From an uncultured Candidatus Saccharibacteria bacterium (lineage in GTDB: Bacteria > Patescibacteriota > Minisyncoccia > Phycocordibacterales > EsbW-18): a stretch of 64,000 bases of DNA. Under the pieces are notes generated by a model. The model was not told where the DNA came from, made no database searches, and saw only the letters and a program-made list of their open reading frames with translations. The stretch is taken from positions 1,060-65,059 of the forward strand of contig CAZFMQ010000003.1 of assembly GCA_964520295.1 (NCBI GenBank), in the 5' to 3' direction. Positions 48,190 to 57,325 of this stretch are shown piece after piece; position 1 is the stretch's first letter; every line of letters begins with the position of its first letter. Both the position numbers and the translations under genes were made by a program.

Positions 48190-48759
48190 GTGGATTACCT
48201 CAGCACGCTCAATACATTCTACGCCCGCCACAAGCGCATGCCCACGTACGCTGAAATGGCAAAGCTCTTCGGCTTCAAATCAAAAAATGCTGTCGCAAAA
48301 GTAGTAGCGAAGCTTGTAGATGCAGGTGCTATTACCAAAGACCACCTCGGCCGTCTTATACCCAACACCCTTGCCGGTGAAGTGAAGATGCTCGGCTTTG
48401 TTGAAGCCGGTATTCCATCACCCGCCGAGCAATTTGTGTTCGATTCTGTCGCACTTGATGATTGGTTGCTCAATGACCGCGAAGAAACCTACATGCTCAA
48501 GGTAAAGGGGGACTCAATGATAGATGCAGGCATTATGGAAGGCGATTTCGTCATTGTGGAGCGTACCGAACACGCACGCGAGGGCGATATTGTGGTGGCA
48601 GAAGTAGATGGTTCGTGGACGCTCAAATATCTGCGTCGCGATGCGCAGGGAAGAATGTATCTCCAGCCCGGCAACAAGGCATATCACAACATATATCCCG
48701 AAGAAACGATGCGTGTGGGAGCGGTCGTTCGTTCAGTGGTGCGTCGCTACAAACACTAA
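48190..48759 (+). CDS. lexA: LexA-type repressor (wHTH plus S24 peptidase)
   Basis: MPTYAEMAKLFGFKSKNAV HTH, Ala-Gly cleavage site (VEAG), GDSM Ser, TLK Lys; GTG start. Confidence 0.85.
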   Translation: MDYLSTLNTFYARHKRMPTYAEMAKLFGFKSKNAVAKVVAKLVDAGAITKDHLGRLIPNTLAGEVKMLGFVEAGIPSPAEQFVFDSVALDDWLLNDREETYMLKVKGDSMIDAGIMEGDFVIVERTEHAREGDIVVAEVDGSWTLKYLRRDAQGRMYLQPGNKAYHNIYPEETMRVGAVVRSVVRRYKH

Positions 48760-48785
48760 AACATCTTGTGGTATACTCTACCACT

Positions 48786-49325
48786 ATGGAAACACTTGGA
48801 TTCACACACACACTTATTGTGTGGGGCATACTCGCGATGCAAATCGCATCGCTCGCACTATTACTTGGTATCACCGGTGTCGTGCCCGCATTCAAAAAAA
48901 TAGTTGCACACGTATCTCGTCATGCAATTCTCATTTCATTTTTCGTTGTACTTATCAGCGTACTCGGCAGTTTGTATTATTCCGAGATTGCGGGCTTTGA
49001 GGCATGCACACTGTGCTGGGCACAGCGTTTCTTTGTCTACCCGCAAGTAGTGTTGTTTGCATTGGCACTCTATTGCAAGCGCCGTGATGTGCTCTTGTAC
49101 ACGAATGCACTCTCCATCATTGCATTGGGTGTTGCGGTGTATAACATCTATATCCAAACCGTTGGTGCCAACTCACTCTTTTGTGAGCCGGGGAGTATTG
49201 CTGCATCGTGTTTGGAGAAGTATGTAGAAGGCCTTGGCTATATCACCATTCCGGTGATGTCGGCAACGGCGCTGGTGTTCTTGTTGCTGACCGCGTGGGC
49301 GCACCACAGAACGCATAAAAATTAA
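48786..49325 (+). CDS. Disulfide bond formation protein DsbB/BdbC family
   Basis: GSLYYSEI..F.ACTLCWAQR, second Cys pair, GYITIP.M. Confidence 0.9.
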   Translation: METLGFTHTLIVWGILAMQIASLALLLGITGVVPAFKKIVAHVSRHAILISFFVVLISVLGSLYYSEIAGFEACTLCWAQRFFVYPQVVLFALALYCKRRDVLLYTNALSIIALGVAVYNIYIQTVGANSLFCEPGSIAASCLEKYVEGLGYITIPVMSATALVFLLLTAWAHHRTHKN

Positions 49326-49342
49326 AAAATAATTATATCAAT

Positions 49343-49999
49343 ATGAATAAATTTATCTTGGCAGTAGTGGTCGCAATGATACTCGGTGGTTGGTGGTACG
49401 CTTCAAAGAGCGACACACCTGCACCAGAGAACACAACAGAAACCGAAACAACAATGGGTTCAGTCAGCACATTGGAAGATGGTGTATACACACTTAACAC
49501 CACAGAGAGCAATGTTGCATGGACAGGACGCAAGACTCTTATTAAGGATTACTACGATCACGGCACCATCGCATTCAGCAGCGGTTCAGTTGTGGTAACA
49601 GATGGCGCACTTGTTGCAGGTTCGTTTGTGGTAGATATCAATTCAATTGCGGTATCTTCAACAGGAAAGGGTATGGGAACAGATATGCTCACCAATCACC
49701 TTAAGTCAGCTGACTTTTTTGACGCGGCAACGCACCCAACAGCAACCGTCGGACTCGTATCAGTTGATGCAGACGGTACCGTTACTGCAGATGTGACTAT
49801 CAAGGGCATCACACAGCGTGTCACATTTCCTGCAACGATTGCACAAGACGGCACTACTATTACAGGAACAGCAGACCTTACCATTGACCGTACCCTTTGG
49901 GATATTCGCTTTGGCTCGACTAAATTCTTCGGGGATCTCGGCGACAACACTGTTGGCGATGAAGTAGCACTTACGTTGACACTCGTAGCGCAGAAATAA
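49343..49999 (+). CDS. YceI family lipid/polyisoprenoid-binding protein
   Basis: HLKSADFFD...HPTA, TIKGIT, IDRTLWDI. Confidence 0.9.
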   Translation: MNKFILAVVVAMILGGWWYASKSDTPAPENTTETETTMGSVSTLEDGVYTLNTTESNVAWTGRKTLIKDYYDHGTIAFSSGSVVVTDGALVAGSFVVDINSIAVSSTGKGMGTDMLTNHLKSADFFDAATHPTATVGLVSVDADGTVTADVTIKGITQRVTFPATIAQDGTTITGTADLTIDRTLWDIRFGSTKFFGDLGDNTVGDEVALTLTLVAQK

Positions 50000-50073
50000 C
50001 ACGCGCTCGTGTAACGTTTCCTACGCCGTGCTCCATTATCTAGGTGACAGTATTACAGAGTAATTATATACGT

Positions 50074-50928
50074 ATGGAATCAAGTACAGTGCAACAGGCG
50101 GCGAAGTATCTTGGATGGTTGTGTATCGCGCTCATTGCGTTCGTGGCAATTCTGAGCTTCAACGCACTTAAAGAGTATCGCTATATTGGTGGCGGTGTTC
50201 CATCTACGAATGTTATCACCGTGTCAGGGCAGGGCGAGGCGTTTGCTGTGCCTGATATTGCGGAGTTTTCGTACACCGTATTTGCGGAAGCAACAACAGT
50301 AGCAGAAGCACAGGCACAAGCGGCAGAGAAGGGTAATGCAGTACTCGCATTTCTCAAGGGTGAAGGTATTGCTGAAAAAGATATTAAGACTACAAGCTAT
50401 AGCGCTAATCCAAAGTATGAATGGGTCAACGGTACCGTGCGTCCTATGATGGGTGCGGGCACGATGGGTTCCGTTGGCGCTACAGAGCCAGCAATTGCAG
50501 TTGATTACTACTATCCTGGCACACGCAATCAAGTCATCACAGGATATGAAGTTCGCCAAACGGTGTCAGTGAAGGTGCGCGATACTGAAGTGGTAGGTGC
50601 ATTGCTTGCGGGTGTAGGGGAGCGGGGAGCAACTGATATCTACGGTCCTAACTTCACTATTGATGATGAAGAAGTATTACAGCGCGATGCACGTCGCGAT
50701 GCTATCAAAGATGCAGAAGAGAAAGCTGAGCAATTAGCAGATGATTTGGGTGTTCGCTTGGTACGTGTCGTCTCATTCTCTGAGGGTGGTGGATACTATC
50801 CTCCATACTACTCACGCGATACGATGATGTCGGCAGGTATGGCTGTTGAAGAAAAAGCGATTCCCGAGATTCCACTCGGTGAAAACAAAATTACCGTCAA
50901 CGTCTCTATTACCTACGAGATTAGATAA
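50074..50928 (+). CDS. SIMPL/DUF541 domain protein
   Basis: ITVSGQGE..AVPDIA, ARRDAIKDAEEKA..LA..LG, GENKI.V.V.ITYEI. Confidence 0.9.
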   Translation: MESSTVQQAAKYLGWLCIALIAFVAILSFNALKEYRYIGGGVPSTNVITVSGQGEAFAVPDIAEFSYTVFAEATTVAEAQAQAAEKGNAVLAFLKGEGIAEKDIKTTSYSANPKYEWVNGTVRPMMGAGTMGSVGATEPAIAVDYYYPGTRNQVITGYEVRQTVSVKVRDTEVVGALLAGVGERGATDIYGPNFTIDDEEVLQRDARRDAIKDAEEKAEQLADDLGVRLVRVVSFSEGGGYYPPYYSRDTMMSAGMAVEEKAIPEIPLGENKITVNVSITYEIR

Positions 50929-50942
50929 CACGATAGGGAGCC

Positions 50943-50965
50943 CGCCCCGACATACTGTCGGGGCG
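50943..50965. repeat. 23-bp GC hairpin, copy 1 (terminator-like)
   Basis: cgccccgacatactgtcggggcg, identical to 51743-51765. Confidence 0.9.
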
Positions 50966-51095
50966 CTTCTTTTGTTGACAGACATTCTCTGCATGTGTAT
51001 TGTGCCCACGTACAGTGTTCTTTTACAGTGCTACACACGTTCGTCAATGACGAACACGATAATCGGCACATGTGCCGAAGAAAGGAGAAGGGGAC

Positions 51096-51728
51096 ATGTC
51101 CTCATTCTCGATTGGGCAAATGAATCAACTTGGCGACGCGCTTGAGCGCGCCGGCTTCATGCGGGAGCACATCACGATGCTCGGCCAGAACAAGGACGGT
51201 ATCCTCACCTCGGTCAAGGGACTCCTTGATGGTGTCTACAAGATCAAGACGAGAACGTTTCGCATCTGGAAAACCATTCCGATCGGCATCCACAAAGGTG
51301 CCGAAGGATATCTCAAGGCACTCCGCCGGAACCACAGCATGATCACGTGCACTGCCAGGGACATCTTGGAGAGGAAGCACTTCACGACGGCACCAGCTGT
51401 TGAGAACATCCAGCTCGTGAAAGTCACACCACATCATTTTGGATTTATCACGGAACCTCGCTTTGATGCGTTCTGCAGCCGTGGTCAGGAATTCGGACTT
51501 GAAATCTGCCCCGCAGAGGTCGGTCCGGCACTTGTCCTTGCATACGGCAAGCAGTCGTATAGCGAGCGTATTCAGGTCGCGATGGAGACCATTCCTGATA
51601 AGCAGCTTCTTCCCTCTGTGTGTGTGGTCGATATCGATCTCGGCCGCCGTGGCCTCTCGACCGTATTCTACTACCCTGACTCAAGGGTCGAGATTGATTC
51701 CAAATGGGTCTTTCGGACCCGCCGATAG
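51096..51728 (+). CDS. Orphan protein, possible C-type-lectin-fold (DGR-target-like) family
   Basis: Own TTGACA-17-TATTGT promoter, boxA-like tgttcttttaca, purine-rich SD; GLEICPAEVGPAL..Y..Q..AMETI...WVF motif. Confidence 0.6.
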   Translation: MSSFSIGQMNQLGDALERAGFMREHITMLGQNKDGILTSVKGLLDGVYKIKTRTFRIWKTIPIGIHKGAEGYLKALRRNHSMITCTARDILERKHFTTAPAVENIQLVKVTPHHFGFITEPRFDAFCSRGQEFGLEICPAEVGPALVLAYGKQSYSERIQVAMETIPDKQLLPSVCVVDIDLGRRGLSTVFYYPDSRVEIDSKWVFRTRR

Positions 51729-51742
51729 CATGAGTAGTAACT

Positions 51743-51765
51743 CGCCCCGACATACTGTCGGGGCG
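51743..51765. repeat. 23-bp GC hairpin, copy 2
   Basis: Identical to 50943-50965, exactly 800 bp downstream. Confidence 0.9.
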
Positions 51766-51852
51766 TTGTCATTTCTGAATGTACTTACGTGTTTCCATTT
51801 ATCACACGGTATGTGCTCTACGTCACATGGTACGTGTTACAATGGCTACAGC

Positions 51853-53607
51853 ATGCAATTTGATACCGAACAACTCATTCAATTTCTTGTAGACACAAAA
51901 ATGCTCTCGCTTTCTAAGGCGCAGGAACTGCAAGCATTGGCAGAAGAGCGTGATATGTCGTTTGAAGATATGGTGGTGTCTGAAGGTGCAATGACGGAGG
52001 ATGATATGCGACGCGCAAAAGCGCACGTTATCGGTATTCCATTTGTTGATCTCAAAGAAGAAAAAATTGAATATGATACGCTCGCACTTATTCCTGAGCC
52101 GATTGCGCGCGCCAACAATATTGTGGCGTACCGCAAGGTGAAAAATACACTGGAGGTTGCCATGTTGGATGTGCAGGATTTGCAGGCGATTGATTTCATC
52201 AAAAAGAAGACAGGGCTCACCATTTCACCGCGTCTGACCGATACCAACTCCATCAAGCGCGCGCTCATTCAGTACCAAAAAAGCTTGAAAGCGGAGTTTG
52301 GCGATATCCTGCAAGCAGATGCACTCGCCATCGGCTCGCTTGGAGAAGGGATTACGGACGATGCAAGCGGCGATGTACTCAAGAAAATAGCAGAAGATTT
52401 GCCGGTGGTGCGTATTGTTGAGACACTCGTGCGTCACGCCGTGGTTGGTGGCGCATCTGACATTCACATGGAGCCGATGGAGAAAGAATTGCTCGTGCGC
52501 TACCGCATCGATGGTTTGTTGCGTGATGCCATGACACTGCCAAAAGCCGCCGCCTCGGGCATTGTTGCGCGTATCAAAGTGCTTGCGAATCTCAAGTTGG
52601 ACGAAAAGCGTTTGCCACAAGATGGTCGTTTCAAAATGGATATTGATGGCGAGCGCGTCTCGTTTCGTGTATCCACACTACCAATTTATTTCGGCGAGAA
52701 GGTCGTGATGCGTATTCTCCACGAAGGCGCATCTGGTTTTACACTGGAGACACTCGGTTTTCACGGCGAAGCATTGGAAGCATTGCACTGGGCAACGAAG
52801 CAATCAACCGGCATGATTTTGGCAACAGGTCCAACGGGTTCTGGTAAGACCACGACGCTGTACACGATTTTGGATATCCTCAACACGCCCGACGTCAACA
52901 TTTCAACGATTGAAGACCCGATTGAGTATCAAATGCCTCGTGTCAATCAAACGCAGGTAAAGCCAGAAATAGGCATGACGTTCAGTAACGGACTGCGCGC
53001 ACTGGTGCGTCAGGATCCCGACATCATCATGGTGGGAGAAATTCGTGATGGTGAAACGGTCAATCTTGCTATCAATGCGGCGCTGACAGGACACTTAGTG
53101 CTCTCTACCATTCACACGAACTCTGCCGCAGGTGTCGTTGCGCGTATGCTTGATATGGGTGCGGAGCCATTCCTCATTGCGTCCACTATCAATGTGGTGG
53201 TTGGTCAGCGTTTGGTGCGCACGCTCACACAGCACAAAGAAAAATACACATTGTCTGCCGACGAACTCAAAACATTAGAACAATCTGTTGATTTGGAGCG
53301 TATGCTCGGTTTTCTCAAGCAGGAAGGTGTGGTGGAAAAAGATGCCACATGGAAGGATGTACCGTTCTATCGTCCCAAAAAGGTATCTGGTGATGACACC
53401 GATGGATACAAGGGACGTATTGGTATTCATGAAGTGTTCAAAGTGTCGTCAGCAACACGCGAATTGATTGTGCGCCGTGCGACCTCAGAGGAAATTGAAG
53501 AGCAGGCAAAGAAAGAGGGCATGATGACGATGCTGGAAGACGGTATTTTCAAAGCAGTACAAGGTGTTACCACTATTGAAGAAGTCCTGCGCGTGATTTC
53601 GGAATAA
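51853..53607 (+). CDS. pilB: PilB/GspE-family assembly ATPase (no Zn cysteines)
   Basis: ASDIHMEP, PQDGR, GPTGSGKTTT, RQDPD, GHLVLSTIHTN; upstream of pilC. Start moved to ATG 51853. Confidence 0.9.
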   Translation: MQFDTEQLIQFLVDTKMLSLSKAQELQALAEERDMSFEDMVVSEGAMTEDDMRRAKAHVIGIPFVDLKEEKIEYDTLALIPEPIARANNIVAYRKVKNTLEVAMLDVQDLQAIDFIKKKTGLTISPRLTDTNSIKRALIQYQKSLKAEFGDILQADALAIGSLGEGITDDASGDVLKKIAEDLPVVRIVETLVRHAVVGGASDIHMEPMEKELLVRYRIDGLLRDAMTLPKAAASGIVARIKVLANLKLDEKRLPQDGRFKMDIDGERVSFRVSTLPIYFGEKVVMRILHEGASGFTLETLGFHGEALEALHWATKQSTGMILATGPTGSGKTTTLYTILDILNTPDVNISTIEDPIEYQMPRVNQTQVKPEIGMTFSNGLRALVRQDPDIIMVGEIRDGETVNLAINAALTGHLVLSTIHTNSAAGVVARMLDMGAEPFLIASTINVVVGQRLVRTLTQHKEKYTLSADELKTLEQSVDLERMLGFLKQEGVVEKDATWKDVPFYRPKKVSGDDTDGYKGRIGIHEVFKVSSATRELIVRRATSEEIEEQAKKEGMMTMLEDGIFKAVQGVTTIEEVLRVISE

Positions 53608-53680
53608 CACGAGGCACATACCACGCAACAGTTCACAGTGCACAGGAGAAAATACTACTGAATGTGCGATACTGTAGTAC

Positions 53681-54892
53681 ATGACGCGCTTTAAATACAA
53701 GGCGGTAACCGCGGCAGGCGACGTGTATGAGAAAGTAGGAGAAGCCGAGAGTGCAAAACAGCTTGCGCAAGATTTGTTGTCTCACAATGAGACACTGGTA
53801 TTTGCGCATCCGGTTACCGAAAAACGTTGGTATCAAAAACTCAATGTAGATTTTGGACGCATCAAGGTAACCGACCGTATTACGTTTGCAAAAAACCTTG
53901 CCGCAATGGTAGATGCGGGTCTGACGGTATCGCGCGGTGTCTCTATCATGGAGCATCAGACGGCGAGCAAGAAATTCAAAGACGTATTGGTGCAAATTGG
54001 TGCCGATATTCAAAAAGGCACGCCGTTTTCAATGGCATTGGCAAAATTCCCGCGCGTATTCTCCATGCTTTTTGTAGCGATGGTGCGTGCAGGTGAAGAG
54101 TCAGGGCGTTTAGGCGATGCGTTGCGCACCATCGCCGAGCAGATGGATAGAAGTTTTGCGCTCAAGCGCCGTATTCGCGGCGCACTCATGTATCCGTCAG
54201 TTATTTTGATACTCATGGTTATCATTGGTATTGCCATGATGATGTATGTGGTACCGACACTAACCGCGACGTTTGAAGAAATGGCAATTGATTTGCCTGC
54301 ATCAACGCGACTCATTATCGGGATATCAGAAGGACTTGCGGCACACCCTATTCTGTATATCGGTGGCATGCTTGGCGCAGTCGCACTCATTATTGCGGGT
54401 TTGCGTACGCGCGTGGGCAAGCGCGGGTTTGAGTGGTTTGTCATGCATACGCCGGTTATTCAAACAATTTCACAAGAAGCGAACTCAGCGCAGATGTCAC
54501 GCACGCTTGCATCACTCCTTTCATCGGGCGTGGATGTGGTGTCAGCGCTCTCCATTACGCGCGATGTGTTACAGAATTCATTTTACAAAGAAGTACTTGA
54601 TGAGGCGGGGGAGTACATTCAAAAAGGTTCGCAGATTTCTGATGTGTTCCGCAAACATCAAAAGATTTATCCGCCGATGGTGACGGAAATGGTGTCGGTG
54701 GGAGAAGAGACAGGAAAAATGCCTGACATGTTTATGCAGATAGCAACCTTCTTTGAAGGGGAAGTAGACCAGAAAACGAAGGATCTCTCAACGATTATTG
54801 AGCCGATACTCATGGTGGTGATTGGTGCGGCGGTCGGATTCTTCGCCGTATCAATGATTACACCGATTTATTCACTTTCATCGGGTATTTAG
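53681..54892 (+). CDS. pilC: PilC/GspF platform protein
   Basis: AGEESGRL, ALMYP, VGEETG, IIEP, PIY. Confidence 0.93.
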   Translation: MTRFKYKAVTAAGDVYEKVGEAESAKQLAQDLLSHNETLVFAHPVTEKRWYQKLNVDFGRIKVTDRITFAKNLAAMVDAGLTVSRGVSIMEHQTASKKFKDVLVQIGADIQKGTPFSMALAKFPRVFSMLFVAMVRAGEESGRLGDALRTIAEQMDRSFALKRRIRGALMYPSVILILMVIIGIAMMMYVVPTLTATFEEMAIDLPASTRLIIGISEGLAAHPILYIGGMLGAVALIIAGLRTRVGKRGFEWFVMHTPVIQTISQEANSAQMSRTLASLLSSGVDVVSALSITRDVLQNSFYKEVLDEAGEYIQKGSQISDVFRKHQKIYPPMVTEMVSVGEETGKMPDMFMQIATFFEGEVDQKTKDLSTIIEPILMVVIGAAVGFFAVSMITPIYSLSSGI

Positions 54893-54903
54893 AAAATGTG
54901 CGT

Positions 54904-56703
54904 ATGTGCACTAAGTACACACAAAAGAACAGAGGTTTTACGCTCGCTGAAGTGGTTATTGCATCGGCGGTGTTCCTCATTATTGCAGTTGGTATTTACC
55001 AAGTGTATACATCACTCTTCCGCACTATTACCGCATCGCGCACCGTACTGCTGGCCTCAGCATTGGCGACAGAACAGTTTGAAATTGCGCGCAACATGCC
55101 ATACGACGATGTCGGTGTTGTCGGTAGTATTCCAAATGGTTTGATTCCAAACGCGCAAACACTGACGCGAGATGGCGTAGTATTCAATGCAACGACGACT
55201 ATTCGTAATGTGGACGATCCATTTGACGGTACCATTGGGGGATCGCCAAATGATACGTCGCCTGCTGATTATAAGTTGATGCAGATAGAGATTGATTGTA
55301 CGACATGTCGCACCTTTACACCTCTCACATTCACGACACGTGTGGCACCGAAGAATCTAGAATTTTCATCAGGCAACGGCGCACTCTTCGTGCGTGTGTT
55401 TGATGCCAATGGCCTGCCGGTGCAGGATGCAGATGTGCACGTAGAGTACACAGCAACAACATCGCCTGTGGTTATCAATGATGTGACCGATCAAAATGGG
55501 TTACTGCAACTTATTGATATTCCACCAGCAGAAACGGCGTACAGTGTTTCTGTAAGCAAATCTGGATATTCATCAGATCAAACGTATGCATACGGAAGTA
55601 TCGGTAGCTCTACGCCGTCGCTCCCGCACGCCACCGTATTGGCGGGCCAGGTTACGCAACTATCATTTACTATTGATGTATTGAGTTCATTGACGATTAC
55701 GAGCGTCACGAATACCTGTGAGCCCGTCGGTTCTGTTTCATTTGATCTTGAGGGAGCAAAGCTTATTGCCACCACGCCGGACGTGCGCAAATACGATCAA
55801 TCATTTTCTACAGACGCGAGCGGTAATCGTACCATCAATAATCTTGAGTGGGACACGTATGCGCTCGATATCACCGATGGTGCGTACGATTTGGCGGGAT
55901 TGATTCCACTGTTGCCACCAACACTAGCACCGGACTCGCACATGGATCTCTCGCTTGTGGTAACACCTTCAAACCCCGATGCGTTGTTGGTAACCGTCAA
56001 AGATGCGGCAACACAATTACCAATATCAGATGCCATCGTTACACTTGATGACGACGAAGAGCAGACAACAGGGCGTGGCTTTTTGACACAGACGGATTGG
56101 TCGGGGGGGTCTGGGCAAGAACTATACGAAGACGAAACAGAATATTGGGAAAGCGAAGATATAGAAACGAATGATCCCGATGGCGTGCTTACGTTGAATG
56201 CACTGGTGGGTTCCTATGATGCAGATGGCTGGTTGATTTCATCAATTTTTGATACTGGTTCTGCAAGTAATTTTTATCGCATTATGTGGCAACCGACCGA
56301 TCAGCCAACAAGCGTTGGTACAGATAGCGTGCGCTTTCAAATTGCCACAAATGATGAGTTGAATGCATCAACAACATGGTCGTATGTTGGTCCTGATAAC
56401 ACATCAGGAAGCTATTTTACAGTTGCAAATCAAAATATCGGTATTGAGCATACAGGGAAGCGCTACTTCCGCTATAAGATATTCTTGCGCACGGATGACA
56501 CTGATTTTACGCCAACGGTTTCAGATATTTCATTTGTATTTACATCAGCGTGCGTACCACCAGGGCAAGTGGTGTTTGGCAATGTCGGCAACGGTGCGCA
56601 CACGGTTGCTGTAGAACGTGATGGCTATCAGCCGTATGAGAGTTCACCATTTGCACTAACGGGATACTTTACGTCACATGAAGTATTATTGAATCCAGAA
56701 TAG
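54904..56703 (+). CDS. Large minor pilin: prepilin N-terminus plus several beta-sandwich domains
   Basis: RG|FTLAE type III signal; carboxypeptidase-regulatory-like repeats (VRVFDANG.PV.DA.V, VTVKDA.T..PI.DA.V). Confidence 0.8.
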   Translation: MCTKYTQKNRGFTLAEVVIASAVFLIIAVGIYQVYTSLFRTITASRTVLLASALATEQFEIARNMPYDDVGVVGSIPNGLIPNAQTLTRDGVVFNATTTIRNVDDPFDGTIGGSPNDTSPADYKLMQIEIDCTTCRTFTPLTFTTRVAPKNLEFSSGNGALFVRVFDANGLPVQDADVHVEYTATTSPVVINDVTDQNGLLQLIDIPPAETAYSVSVSKSGYSSDQTYAYGSIGSSTPSLPHATVLAGQVTQLSFTIDVLSSLTITSVTNTCEPVGSVSFDLEGAKLIATTPDVRKYDQSFSTDASGNRTINNLEWDTYALDITDGAYDLAGLIPLLPPTLAPDSHMDLSLVVTPSNPDALLVTVKDAATQLPISDAIVTLDDDEEQTTGRGFLTQTDWSGGSGQELYEDETEYWESEDIETNDPDGVLTLNALVGSYDADGWLISSIFDTGSASNFYRIMWQPTDQPTSVGTDSVRFQIATNDELNASTTWSYVGPDNTSGSYFTVANQNIGIEHTGKRYFRYKIFLRTDDTDFTPTVSDISFVFTSACVPPGQVVFGNVGNGAHTVAVERDGYQPYESSPFALTGYFTSHEVLLNPE

Positions 56704-56704
56704 T

Positions 56705-57325
56705 ATGCGTAGACCACCAGCACTACAACGCGGACTGACACTACCTGAAATACTTGTTTCGGCATTTATTGTATTGCTCATTGGCGGTGCGCTGTACGGC
56801 ATGTTTGGCGATAATTTCAAATTAGCGCGCCGCGCGTACCGTTCGCTCTCTGCACAACAGGATGTGCAGATTCTTTCACGGCGCTTTTTGGTGGAGACGC
56901 GCTCTGCCGTACCGTCTGAAGTCGGTGCGTATGCTATTCAAACAGCATCATCGGGCGAGTTTACGTTTTATACTGACGCAGATGATGACGGTATGATAGA
57001 GCGCGTGCGCTATTTTGTGTCCGGCACTGAACTACGAAAGGGGATTACCAATCCTATCGGCAATCCGCTTACGTACACGGGTGCAACAGAGCAGGTGCGC
57101 ACGGTGGTGCGTGATGTGGCGGCAACGACAACACCTGTGTTTACATATTATGGTGCAACATACAGTGGTGGGGCATCTTCAACACCACTCACTGTACCTG
57201 TTGATGTGTCGCAGGTTCGGTTGATTCAACTGACGATTACCGTTGATGCAGACGCGACACAGCCACCGGAGCCCGCTGTATTTTCTACGCAAGTTACTTT
57301 TAGAACGCTCAAAGACAATCTATGA
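56705..57325 (+). CDS. Minor pilin (PilW/GspJ-like)
   Basis: RG|LTLPE type III signal. Confidence 0.8.
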   Translation: MRRPPALQRGLTLPEILVSAFIVLLIGGALYGMFGDNFKLARRAYRSLSAQQDVQILSRRFLVETRSAVPSEVGAYAIQTASSGEFTFYTDADDDGMIERVRYFVSGTELRKGITNPIGNPLTYTGATEQVRTVVRDVAATTTPVFTYYGATYSGGASSTPLTVPVDVSQVRLIQLTITVDADATQPPEPAVFSTQVTFRTLKDNL

